The position numbers and the translations under genes are program-made. 64,000 nt of DNA, from the NCBI GenBank assembly GCA_965649765.1, contig OZ287752.1, forward strand, positions 3,286,001 through 3,350,000, written 5' to 3'. The notes beneath the pieces were generated by a model. That model ran no database searches. It saw nothing but the letters and a program-made list of their open reading frames with translations, and was not told where the DNA came from. Shown piece after piece: positions 52,594-64,000 of this stretch. The DNA is from Bispira polyomma. Its lineage: Eukaryota. Positions within the stretch are counted from its first letter, which is position 1; every line of letters begins with the position of its first letter.

Positions 52594-54556
52594 ATGATCA
52601 GACAGAAGCTCTCCGGTCTGGGAAATCTCTGCAGTGCCATGTTTGAGGGGATCACCAGGATCAAGCCTCTGGATGAGGGTCCAATAGTAGACAGTAACCT
52701 AAAGCGCTGCCTTGGAGTGCCAGATCTCACCTTATTAGGAGTGGGAGGGATGGTTGGGTCTGGAGTCTACGTCCTTGTGGGTGTTGGAGCCAGAGATCAA
52801 GCTGGTCCACCCATTATTGTGTCTTTCCTATTGGCTGCTGTAATCACATTCCTCATTGCTGCCTGCTTCACGGAGTTTGCCTGCCAGGTGAAACGGACTG
52901 GGTCCACCTACCTGTACATGTACATCACCATTGGGGAAATGGCTGCCTTTATGATGGGATTCTTCAGATTGCTGACTACCATAGCTGCAGGAGCTACAAA
53001 TGGGCGAGCCTGGAGTGCTTATCTGATTACCTGACTGACAATGCTATCTCCAAAGCAACAAAGACATATCTTCCTACAATAGGAGGCTATGAACTCGTCA
53101 GTGAATACCCCGACTTCGTTGCTGGAGGAATCATACTGTTCCTCACTGTGGTTTCATGTATCGGAGTTCAGTGTTCATCCAAGTTCAATATGGTATTTGC
53201 TGTGGTGAACATTAGTGTCCTACTCTTCGCCAGTATCACTGCTTTTTGCTTTGCGGACATTGAAAACTGGACCTCAAACAGCACTGGAGGACCTGGAGCA
53301 GGAGACGGTGGATTCCTTCCATATGGTTGGAGCGGGGTCTTAGAAGGAACTGGAGTCTGTTTCTGGGCATTTATTGGTTGGGACATCATGGTGCTCTCTG
53401 CAGAAGAAACCAAGGAGCCTCAGAGAACCATACCAATGGCTATGGCCATCTGCATTACTGGAGTGGCTTTTCTCTACATCTCCGTCGCAGCAGCACTGAC
53501 CATTATGACGCCATACTCAACTCTCGACTTCATCGCACCATTACCGTCTGCCTTTGCTGCCAGTGGACTCCCCTAGGCTAAGTACATTGTGTCGTTTCGA
53601 CCGTTATGTGGACTTACAACGACTCTTTTGAGGCATATTTATATTCATCAGAATGACATGCGCCATGGCTGAAGATGGACTTATATTTGGGTTGTTTGCC
53701 AAAGTCAACAACTGTACCAAAGTGCCTGTGTTTTCATGCTTACTGGGAGAATGCATCATGATCCCAATCTCCATGTTCATGAACATTAAGAGCATCATTA
53801 GTTTCACAGTACTTATTACACTGCTGCAATTTATAGTCGTTGACGCTTGCGTCATCATACTGAGGTACAAACCTGACACAAAAGAAATTTGGAATCCTCA
53901 CTGAAAGTGAAGCAGAGGCTGAAGAGAAAAAATGTCTTATCTCGAAACAAATTAGAAGTGCTAAATCTAAGATGGTAACATTTAGAAACCCAGGTAGTGA
54001 AACTGACAGTGAAGTAGATGTTGAACTAGATTCTGACTCTGACGAAACCAGTCAGGTGATCTTCAACCTGGGTGAAATTGGCAATGAACACGATGCTGGA
54101 AAGCTTAAGCCAGGAATTCGCAAGGCACTGAAAGTTCTCAAATGTGGTCCAGGATCTTGTGTGCCTGTGTCAGTTCTGATTATATTGATCATAAGCTTTC
54201 TTCTAATTTTGTTGATCTTCTACGACATGAATGAGGTGGCCAGTGCCCAGTGGAGCATACTGATGCTGTTAGGACTAATGAGCCTCCTCATCATCCTGCT
54301 GTTCATTGGAATTATAGCACACAATCAAACAACCAAGACCATTTCTGTGAAGGTTCCCTTCCTTCCACTGACTCCATACCTCAGTATCCTAAGCTGCTTA
54401 GTGTTAATGGTAGCAACAGGAGACATGATCAGTTGGACTGGAGTTGGAATTGCAACAGTATTAGGTTCAGGATTTTATTTCACATATGGAGCCTTTCACA
54501 GTAAACTAAGGAACACGTCTGTGCCATATACTCCGCTGGTCAGCAAACAACCGTAG
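52594..54556 (+). pseudogene. Intronless SLC7 cationic amino-acid transporter (CAT) pseudogene
   Basis: LKRCL..DLTLLGVGGMVGSGVYVL, AGP.IIVSF, EFA..V..TGSTYLY.Y.TIGE, YPDF, GGFLPYGWSGVLEG...FWAFIGWD....AEE.K.PQR.IP, AMAEDGLIF and KVPFLP. Frameshifts at ~53024, ~53645 and ~53890, plus a TAG at 53574. Confidence 0.93.
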
Positions 54557-55281
54557 AGACGTTTTACATCAATGAAGGAACTATGTTCTACTTGAACTTA
54601 AAAACTTTATTACAAGTTGTAGAAAAGTGATTACATGTGGAATGCATAAAATATGGTGTAATATTTTGATATATGTGATGTCACTGAATGATTAACAGAC
54701 TTTATTGTGTTTGATACATGTTACATTTCAGTGACAGAGTTTATTGTGTTTGATACATGTTACATTTTTAAACTAATGATTAATCTCACTGATACAACCT
54801 TAAATATACTAGATCAGAAATAATTAACTGGAGTTGATATTTATTTTTAGAATACTCGTAAATGTCATTAGTAATTCATATGAATGTCTGTATTTTTGTG
54901 TAATTTATTAAATATACTATTTTGCAAAAAAGAAAAGTTTTGTCTTAAAGTGGTATTCACAAAAGGTGACTTAGCTAAGACTATGTTAAGACAAAAGTCT
55001 TAAATTTTAATTGTTCTATTTACAATAATACAAAATATTATTTACATTTTTACACACACTAATATACTTAATAATTATTTAGGCCTCTATGTACTTCCAA
55101 GAGTGAAAAAGTCATTAATTAAGAAATTATTTTATTTTTTTGGACTTAGTCTTAAGACTGGCTAAGTCCCCTTCAAAGAATATATGATTAAAAATATTTG
55201 CTATTTGATATAATATCAAAGTCAAATGTTTATAGTTTGTTATGCCCTGTAAATTTACAATGTTTTATTTGTAAAAGTTGT

Positions 55282-55497
55282 GGGGGCCGCGGTGGCCTAG
55301 TGGTTAGCAAGCATTGCGCTTCACAATCACTGGTCTCTTGCCTCTGGCCGGCGTGAGTTCGAATCCCGTCGATGCCTATGTGGGAAAGGTGATAGTTCCT
55401 TACTGTGGGCCGCTGGTTTCTCTACAGAACCTTGACCGACTGTATGCAGTGTTTCCTCCAGCGTTTCCAACTACCCGTCCCAATATAACCTACTATA
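55282..55497 (+). mobile_element. Young tRNA-derived SINE lacking its 3' tail
   Basis: Near-identical to 48166-48380. It sits within GTATTCAC...GTGAATACGGCCCC MITE-like sequence. Confidence 0.9.
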
Positions 55498-55646
55498 AAG
55501 TTAAGCCTACTACCTAACTCTCACAAAATTTAGCTATTGGCTAAGCTAAAACTCAGGTTTAGCTGTTTTGTGAAAGTCTTAACTTTTATCTTTGAGACTT
55601 GGCTTAAAGTTAGTATGTTAGTGAATACGGCCCCTGGGGTTCTAAG

Positions 55647-55916
55647 CCCATATTTATCTCCCATCTACAGTTACCCTACGAATAAGTAACCGTTAAATGC
55701 TTTTATTGAGCCATATATATGTTACAGTAAATATGTGAAATCAGTAAATACGCATATTTACTGATTTGGTCAGTGAATACGCGTAATCCCTAAAATTTTC
55801 AGTAAATTCGCGTACTTACTGATTTCACATATTTACTGTAACATATATATGGCTCAATAAAAGCATTTAACGGTTACTTATTCGTAGGGTAACTGTAGAT
55901 GGGAGATAAATATGGG
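55647..55916. repeat. Long inverted repeat (~100-bp perfect arms, short loop)
   Basis: CCCATATTTATCTCCCATCTACAG...TCAGTAA is exactly reverse-complemented at ~55816-55916. Confidence 0.95.
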
Positions 55917-56345
55917 TCCAGTTTGTTTAGTATTTACTGAATTGTCTCATTACTATTTAAGTAAGGATTAACTAGTCACATTAAGTTTTTTTCATCCATA
56001 TGATGTATCTGTTTGTGGTATTGGTGATTTTACTAGTTATTAAAGAGTCCATCTTTATTTAGGTCAATTTTGTTAGGCACATTACATATACATATGTACT
56101 ATGTTGTCTATCCTAAGTGTATGTTATACATATCATCCAATTTATTACACCAATATGTTACAAGCAGTCTTCAAAATATATATTTACACCTGAAAATTAC
56201 TTTTGAAATAGATTTGCTCATATAAATGACAGTTCCTCATACATTACATGTGGTATATTTCATGCAGTAAATGACACCAATTAATTAATTACATTATTAC
56301 AGAAAATATGTATAAGTGGTTAGTAATAGTAAGTTCATTATTATT

Positions 56346-56560
56346 TTAACAGGATAAACTAGAGTGGCACCTGCTGTTGCATTTCAGCTTTGCATTACAC
56401 TTGCATCTATTGTTTTTGAATTGATTTTCACAACAGTTACATTTTGTAAATCCTTGTCTGCCACTTCTTGAGTGTTCAATTGCTGCCTCCCTCAGAGACA
56501 CACACTGATCCTGGTTGTTGTCACTGTCACTTTGTAGAGTGTAGGTCCAAAGCTCAAACT
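56346..56560 (-). mobile_element. C-terminal Cys-rich fragment of a Ginger2/TDD-type (KRBA2/SCAND3-like) transposase
   Basis: VSLREAA..HSRSGRQGFTKCNC......RCKC...LKCNSRCHSSLSC. TGTTACAGTAAAT-type ends lie at ~55720 and ~58185. Confidence 0.65.
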
Positions 56561-56912
56561 GAGATATGACAATGCTTGAATGCACAAATCTTAAATAAAT
56601 TTATAGCAGGCAGGCAGTGTTTATTTTTAGACAACAGTATGTGATATTAACAATTAATGGCTAACTTCAAATTCAATGGGTGATTATTTTGAACCTTCTT
56701 AATCTGGCCCAATGAATTTCTCAAACTGAGAAGCCACATCTCAACTTACTGCCACAAGACGCCACAAGTATCACATAAAATTAGATGACCATCATCCAAT
56801 ATAGGTAATTGTTAATTTTCCATAAGATTTACCTTACACAGAAGCCCCATTTTTACAGTTTTAGGTACATCAAAAGAAGGGTTTGTAAAGGGTTCTTTTC
56901 ATGTAATTATCA

Positions 56913-57585
56913 TGGCCTGTATTCACTAAAGTTCTTATACTTAGAATAAGAATTTTTGGTATTCACTAAAGTTCTTATACTTAGAATTTTTGCTTATTCT
57001 TAAAAAAATTTCTAAGAATGAGCTATAATTCTAAGAATGGTCAAGACCTTACTTAAGTTAAGAAAAAGACATAGGGCCATATGCACTAAAGTTGTTATAC
57101 TTAGAATAAGAATGATTCTTGTACTTAGAATAAGAATGATTCTTATACTTAGAAAATTTTCTATTCTAAGAATTTTTTATTCTTACACTTAGAATAAGAA
57201 TTTTCTTAGCTAAGAGTTGCACAAAAGAATGCCATGTCTTTTTCTTAACTTAAGTAAGGTCTTGACCATTCTTAGAATCAAAGCTCATTCTTAGAAAATT
57301 TTCTAAGTATAAGCAAAAATTCTAAGTATAAGAATTTTTCTAAGAATAATTCTAAGTATAAGAATTATTCTAAGTATAATAACTTCAGTGAATACCAAAA
57401 GTTCTTATTCTAATTATAAGAACTTTAGTGAATACGGCCCCTGGCATACTTATGTATTGCTTTTCACAATTCTTAGTTAAGAAAATTCTTATTCTAAGAA
57501 TAGTAAATTTTCTAAGTATAAGAATGATTCTTATTCTAAGTATAAGAATTATTCTAAGTATAAGAACTTTAGTGAATACGAGCCC
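56913..57585. mobile_element. Foldback-like MITE cluster with internal TTCTTATACTTAGAA repeats
   Basis: Left ends GGCC.GTAT.CACTAAAG at ~56913 and ~57073. Right ends CTTTAGTGAATACG at ~57423 and ~57567. Confidence 0.75.
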
Positions 57586-59644
57586 ATATTACCTTCAAAG
57601 CTAGTGTGGTCTTTACAGACATGTAATTGAGTCTTTGATGATATTTGGAAGCTATAGAAGCCACAGATAACTGGTTACAACAATATCAAAGGAAAGTACC
57701 TTATAACCTTTAGTCTTTATTTAATAAAATAGTAATTTAAAATTATATTTAATTTTCACAGTTTTATAATTAATCAATTTTAAATTAAAACAAATAAGAC
57801 TGTTCAATTTGTATATCATATGTCTAAACCAATATTTTGACCACACTTGTGGAATAAACAATAATGTTAATACGAAATGCATGTGTTGTAGCATGCTTTA
57901 AAGTGACTTAACTATATCCAGATACTTTAATAACTTTAAACACAAACCACCAAATAATACTACATGTATATTATATGCATGAGAAACCTTGATGAATCCA
58001 CCAAACACTCGTATTTATCTTTTTAATGTAAATACAACCCTTAAATGAAATTTTCATATTACACATGTTTACTGAAATGACCACCAGTAAACTTGTGAAA
58101 TAATGCAGGCCTAAAACCAGTAAATACGCGTATTTACTGAAATTTTAGTAAATATGCGTACTTACTGATTTCACATATGTACTGTATGTTTATACATTTG
58201 CATATATTTAAACTGGTTTTAACAAACATTTTACACAATCACAGTAAGACAAAACGTTACAATTTCACAATAACGAGTGTGTTGAGACACATATAACCCA
58301 AGATAAAATGACACAGGCAAATTTATTGTACTGAAAATATTTTTCTCTGTAATTTACAATAATTAGTTCACATGTTTTACTTAATTTTTGTTCATAGAAA
58401 GTGTAATACTCTGATTAGATTATACTGATACATGTTTTTATCACCAGTAATAGATATTTGTCAGCTCTTCTCTCTGTATTTAACCCAGAAAAAATTGTGC
58501 ATATGCTTCTAATATATATTTAGTTTTGTGTAAATATTTTATGATGCAAACTTGTCTGTTGTATGTTGTATACTTGTCTTGTTTTGTTCAAATACAATTT
58601 TCCTATCCAGTATTAGGATATCTTTGATGTAGTTTAATGCAATATGTTTTCTATATATTTCTAGTCCAAACATTATCTCACATATAATAAACACTTTTTG
58701 TTCCTTATCTAAATTCCTACATATCGAATTATTTAGCTTAATCCAGAATTCTGACTTTTAGAACATAGGAATAAATGATGCTCTTTGGTACCAACCATTG
58801 GACAGAAGTTACAATAAATATTTTCTTTTATTGACCATTTAAATAAATTATAATTACAATTTAAAACTTTATTTAGTATTTTATATTGAAAAGATTGTAG
58901 ATAAGGGAATGATAGATCAATTATGGGTTAAAGTCGTCACATAAAGCCACTGCCATACAAGCATACTTATGCGATGTACGTAGGTTAAGGCAATTGGAAA
59001 ACTTCTTGATTTAATTTCCTGCGCTGTCGGTGCAAATCCTCCAGTGGGAAAGATAGATCAAGAAATATTGATAATAATAGTGTTCTTTTAATAACTTGTA
59101 CTGACCATACAAACTTTTGTATGGGAAAGATGGATCAAGACATTTTGATAATACGGTATATGAAATAATATGTAAACTCTTTTAGACAACAAAATACCCT
59201 TTCGATTGTACCATTTGTATTGGTATTGCATTATTGTATATACAAATGTTGCAATCTGTAGGCTCCATAAGGAACACTTAATGATGTACATCATGTTATG
59301 TTTTTCGTTTCTATTTTTGTTTTTTCTCTTTTGTTAACATTTGTTGTTTTAAAAAAAGTCAAGATGTGTGACAATACTAAGATGTATTAAATACTTGTAC
59401 GGCTACTTAGTGTATAGTGTAATGTTATTACTATGTAATGTGATGTCAATTATATCTGGTGTTATACTGGGAGCTCTCTGTCTGGGATGCCATAATGGTA
59501 TTACATAACACTGTCAAGGTGTCATCAGCAAATGTTCAAGGGATTAGAGATAAAACTAAGCGAATAGACGTGCTAACAGACAGTCGTTGCAGCATTTTTA
59601 ATGAGTTTTGCTAAGAACAAGGGCCACCAGGAGATGATAAAATT

Positions 59645-60050
59645 ATTGTAATTGTAATTGTAATTAGACTTTTATTGCGCTTAATCTCCCCTTAACAAAG
59701 GGGACTCTAAGGCGCACCAGCACAAAAGACAGTCATCCAATTGCCAAAATCAAGGAACAGAAAAAAGGGTCAGCAACGTAGAGCGCGCCGGGGGATGATT
59801 GAAACTAAGGTGGATATGCTTTAGTGTACAAGTGGGTTTTAAGCTTCTTTCTAAAACTGGCTAGTGAGGGGGAAGCACGAATCACATCAGGGAGACCATT
59901 CCAAACAATGGGAGCATCAAAAGCAAAGCTGTGACCAAACTGTTTAACAGACTTTTGAGTAGATGGGTGGAACTTCGGAACAACAAGGAAATTACTACCA
60001 CTCTGACTGCGTCGGGTATTGTAATTATGCATGATACTTTGAAATATAGG
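59645..60050 (-). mobile_element. L2/CR1 3' end with (TTACAA)n tail
   Basis: YNTRRS...FGHSFAFDAPIVWNGLPDVIRASPSLASFRKKLKTHLYTKAYPP*. Confidence 0.88.
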
Positions 60051-60373
60051 AGATTTGTACGATTCATATTTGTTTGTTTTGTTCAATTACCATTGATGCC
60101 AGTGATGGAGGAATTGAAGCACTGTATTGATGTTTTAACTCTTTTGTATGTAGGGTATTGCTGTCAGAATGCTACTATTTCCTTCAAATTTTTAACATGA
60201 TCACAAGAACTTGACAATTTCACTTCTTTCACCGTACCACCATATTTATATTTTAGGTAAAAAGCACTCCGTATTAGTTCACTAGATTCAAATCTGGTTT
60301 GAGCTCTCAGAATTTTCATCAAGATGTAGGCAAGCTAATATGATTCAGGCTTTAATACAAGAATGCAAAAGTG

Positions 60374-61193
60374 TATCTTTTATTGCGATAAATACACCTT
60401 ACCTTATCCTCACTAAGGCTTTAATTTAGTACACCTAAATATGTTCGACCAAAAAATCACTTAAGTCTTTTTTCTAAGACTATTCTTGTCATTTTATTTA
60501 AATTTTTCTCACCAACCTCACTGCACATGCACCGGAAGTCCCGTCTACTTCTCGTCCTCAAGATACCCTGCACAATTAATTTGGTCGCCATTGTGTCAAC
60601 ACCTTGTTCGAGCTACTACTGTGGAGTTTTTGAAGGAAGGAAGGATGATTTATTTCATAAGGCAGGATGTATTATGGCTGAGAAACTTTGTTTTCTACAG
60701 TTTTATTCAACATAGGCAGCGTTTTGGAGGGTTTACCAGATCTTTCATTTCGTTAGCGATCTTTTGCGTCCATTGCCATTTTTGACGAATTTTGGAACAG
60801 CACAGGGATTCGGAGATGAAGTCTGTGTGTTGGAGCCGCTGTGTGATTATTTTGTGGACCTAGCTCTGTTTTCAGAGCATAGGAGGCTCATCAAATTATC
60901 TGTAGTGAAGACGATTTTTGCAACTGTGCAGTTATGTCGTAACAGTAATGTCCTAACAGTGATGTCCTAACAATGATGTCCTAACAGTGAGTGTGTTGGA
61001 GTTACTGTTTGATTATTTGGTGGTGCTGTCCATTTGGAATAAAATCTCTAAAAGAGGTTGGTGAGAAAAATTAAAATAAAATCACAAGAATAGTCTTTGA
61101 AAAAAGACTTTATTTTTTGGTCAAACATATTTAGGTGTACTAAATTAAAGCATTAGTGAGGATAAGGTAAGTATTTATCTTCCAAAAAAGATA
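60374..61193. mobile_element. Non-autonomous DNA transposon with ~120-145 bp TIRs
   Basis: CTTACCTTATCCTCACTAA...TTTCTCACCAACCTC (to 60519) is inverted at 61034-61172. No transposase motif was seen inside. Confidence 0.75.
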
Positions 61194-63354
61194 AATAACA
61201 ATAAAATGTTTACAATGTTTCAGGCAAAATACCTACTAAACATCAGTGCATATACAATGTACCAAGCCTGACATCAAATCAAAACATATTGTCTGTTTGA
61301 TTGATGGAGAGATCGATCAGTCACCAGATTTGAAATAAAAAGCTCTGACAATAGGTCTCACACCAATAGTAGTTTAAATGTACCAATGTGTCTTTTATTT
61401 TCAGCACTAGTTGTGGTACAAAGGATTCACCAAACACTGTGAATATGGAAGCCTCTACTGACGTCAACAAGGTAAATCAATTCAGAATATAAATGACACA
61501 AGGGTGTATTCAACTGCAGAATTATCCAGGAGGGACGCCATCTTAGATGTAGTGATATCAAGTGGGAATAAAAAATGGCCTGATTTGTGGTAATTAGGCA
61601 ATGAATATGTTAATTAGGTTATATTTAGTACAGGTAAGTGTTCAAGTAGACAAGTAGACAGTTACATTTATTTAAGTAATATAATTTTTATCTCATTGGC
61701 CGTTACAAGGCAAGGTATCGATAATATTTTATAAAGCCCACTAAAAACTGGGGTATCACAATGTTTTAAATGCTTAAAATTGTGGTCCACAGTTCATATC
61801 GGGGCTCAACTTGTTATCCGAATTACACATTTTTAAAATCTTAGTAATGGAAAAGGTTCTCTCATCATATAAGAAGCACAAGGCTTCTTATTAATGATAC
61901 CTATCCTGACTGTGGACTCTAACTATTTGACTGCCTCGAGTTTCACTCTTGGCAGCCTAGTTTTCCTGGCAGGGCCTAGGGTCATGGTTTCCCCTTTTGG
62001 TTATCTTGCTTTCTTCCATATATGCACATTTAATCAATTGACCAGTGATTGGTGGAGGGGGGGGGGGGACATGTTGGAAAAACTTTCCGGACTCCCTCCC
62101 TCCAACAAATTTCACACTTCAGACCTGGACATAGTTAATTCACCTGTTAATTTTTTGTTATCTCCTTTTATAAATTTAGGTGAGCCTATAATTTTAAGTA
62201 GGCGAGTTTCTAAAATTCATTGTTGAAATATTTAGACTTCTTACAACTTCTAAATCATGTGGATGTCATGTGAATGTTTACAATGTTAGATATAACGTGT
62301 AGTAGTACAAGCTAACGTGTGCAGAAATTAAATTGCTAATGTTGTTTGTTGTATATATATAATATGAGGCCATTATGGTTTATCATCTGTGAGTGTACTT
62401 TGTACATACGTGTACTGGTGATAGGGAACTTCTCAATGTGTGTTACCCGTGAGTTGTTTTTATCAAACTTTATGGTAACAATATATATCAAATAATGTTT
62501 TATGTAACTGTTATTGGATATGTAACTCTCTGGGAGTAGAACTAAGTATAATGGAAATAGTATCCATACTCCCAGAGTTATTATTATCATGTTTATTGTT
62601 TTAGTCTTTTTTAATTGTTGTATAATATTATCCTATATATATATATATACAATGATAACAAATTAGACGCATTGCATCCATCTATCTTAATAGCGACTTA
62701 TTACTGATCTGGACCTATCCTGACTACTGTAAATTACCCTGGTCTTTTTGTGTCCTATAAATGTTTTGACTGTGCCTTCAATTTAACTCTGCATGTTGTC
62801 AAAACGTCAGATTTCATTTGAAATGATTAAAATTTGGATACAGAAATAGATTGTCAAAATATTTATTCTTATTACTAAAATTCTGGAACTCATTCCAATA
62901 TTAGTGCAGGTTGATAAATAATTATGGCAAAGAGGCATATTTCGAAAAACATTGATGGAACAGGGTATTTATGAATTCGTTATAGACATTTTCACACAAA
63001 CAGACTTTACATGTCAATGAACGTTTTAGATTCTACCATAGAATAAATAGAAATAGGGTCACCTTTTGAATGGGGTTTAAAAAAAAGTTGACCATGGCAA
63101 GGTGTATTGAAAACTTGCTCTTGCAATTTACCCACAAAAATGGATAGTAAGTAAAAATTCAAGGACAACAAAATGATTAGATAAAATAATGTTGTGACTA
63201 CAATGGTATTGATGGATGACAATATTGTTATAAATAAAGACTAAAATAGTGTACATGATATTTTCAAATGGATATTTTCAAGTGGATATTTTAAAAAGCA
63301 CCCATATTGAATTGGGGAAGCTTCAATGTTTCCCATATTTGGACAGATGTATTG

Positions 63355-63665
63355 AAACAGGAAAGTTAATGGCATATGGGGCCTTTGAATAGTGTGCAAG
63401 TACAATAGAACTGCGGTGCACTTTGACAAGGTAAACATTTCATTTGTTCAATAAGGAACTTTTCTAGTGATATTTAAAATTTCCAGTTATTTCTGTACTG
63501 AGGAGTAATAAACAGGAAAGTGAATGGCATATGTGGAGCTTTGGAATAGTTATAAAGTAAAATATAACTTTTAGATAAGGTAAACAATTTATTTGCTTTG
63601 CAAGTAACTGTACTTTTTGTGACATTTAAAATTTCCAGTTATTTCTAAACTGAGGAATAATAAAC
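63355..63665 (+). repeat. Diverged ~155-bp tandem duplication
   Basis: AAACAGGAAAGT.AATGGCATATG and ATTTAAAATTTCCAGTTATTTCT...CTGAGGA each occur twice. Confidence 0.8.
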
Positions 63666-64000
63666 TATATTTCATACATTCAATGCATTTATAGAAGCTG
63701 GAAATATATTGGATGGTCATTCCACTTCACTCTACTGCCTTGCAAGGCATTATCGGCAGGGTTTGTTGTAAAAGTGCTTGTATTTTCAAAACGAAGCATT
63801 GGATAATTATAAAATTGGGTATAATAATGAATGAGAGTTAAAGACATATTATGGTATCATTTGTTTCAAGTTATTTATTCAAAAAAGATGACTTTTTACC
63901 TTTATATATTAATTTATCGCTCACTTTTCCTGTTGGTAAACGATAGACATTTAGGCTGTGCGACTGGTAGCGTTTCAGATACTTATCTGTGAACTCCGCG

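Noticed and set aside
42490-53576. Three TGG-to-TAG changes at conserved Trp codons, suggesting rescue by A-to-I editing
   Set aside because: The same genes also have frameshifts and a TGA at a Cys position that editing could not repair. TGG to TAG is an ordinary transition.
62860-63360. Coding-like stretch near the window end
   Set aside because: It has multiple stops and no recognisable motif, so no call can be supported.

Overview
AT-rich, intron-containing animal genomic DNA. A lophotrochozoan or mollusc-like source is inferred from the repeat types and is not proven. No prokaryotic content, rRNA, true tRNA or CRISPR array is supported. The window contains five main things. (1) The last two coding exons of an omega-amidase NIT2 gene (+, 1-138 and 1152-1225). 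(2) A three-unit tandem array (~5123-32852). Each unit carries a three-exon minus-strand gene that the ORF track misses because it is spliced. The gene encodes a ~190-aa secreted protein with 13 conserved cysteines, an N-terminal PAN/apple-like motif and a second unassigned 6-Cys module. Copies 1 and 3 are intact and copy 2 has a late +1 frameshift. The middle unit looks like a chimera made by unequal crossing-over inside a TTTACTG-type simple repeat. (3) Three disabled exons of an SLC6 Na+/Cl- symporter (42387-44478). (4) An intronless, disabled SLC7 cationic amino-acid transporter (52594-54556). (5) Dense mobile DNA: a young tRNA-derived SINE with target-site duplications, CORE-type SINEs, L2/CR1 and Tx1-like LINE relics, a Harbinger transposase relic and Harbinger-type MITEs, a Helentron-type element carrying a 168-bp tandem array, DIRS-like and Ginger2-like relics, foldback elements and a 41-bp minisatellite. 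All calls come from manual reading and translation; no database search was run, and identity figures are visual estimates.
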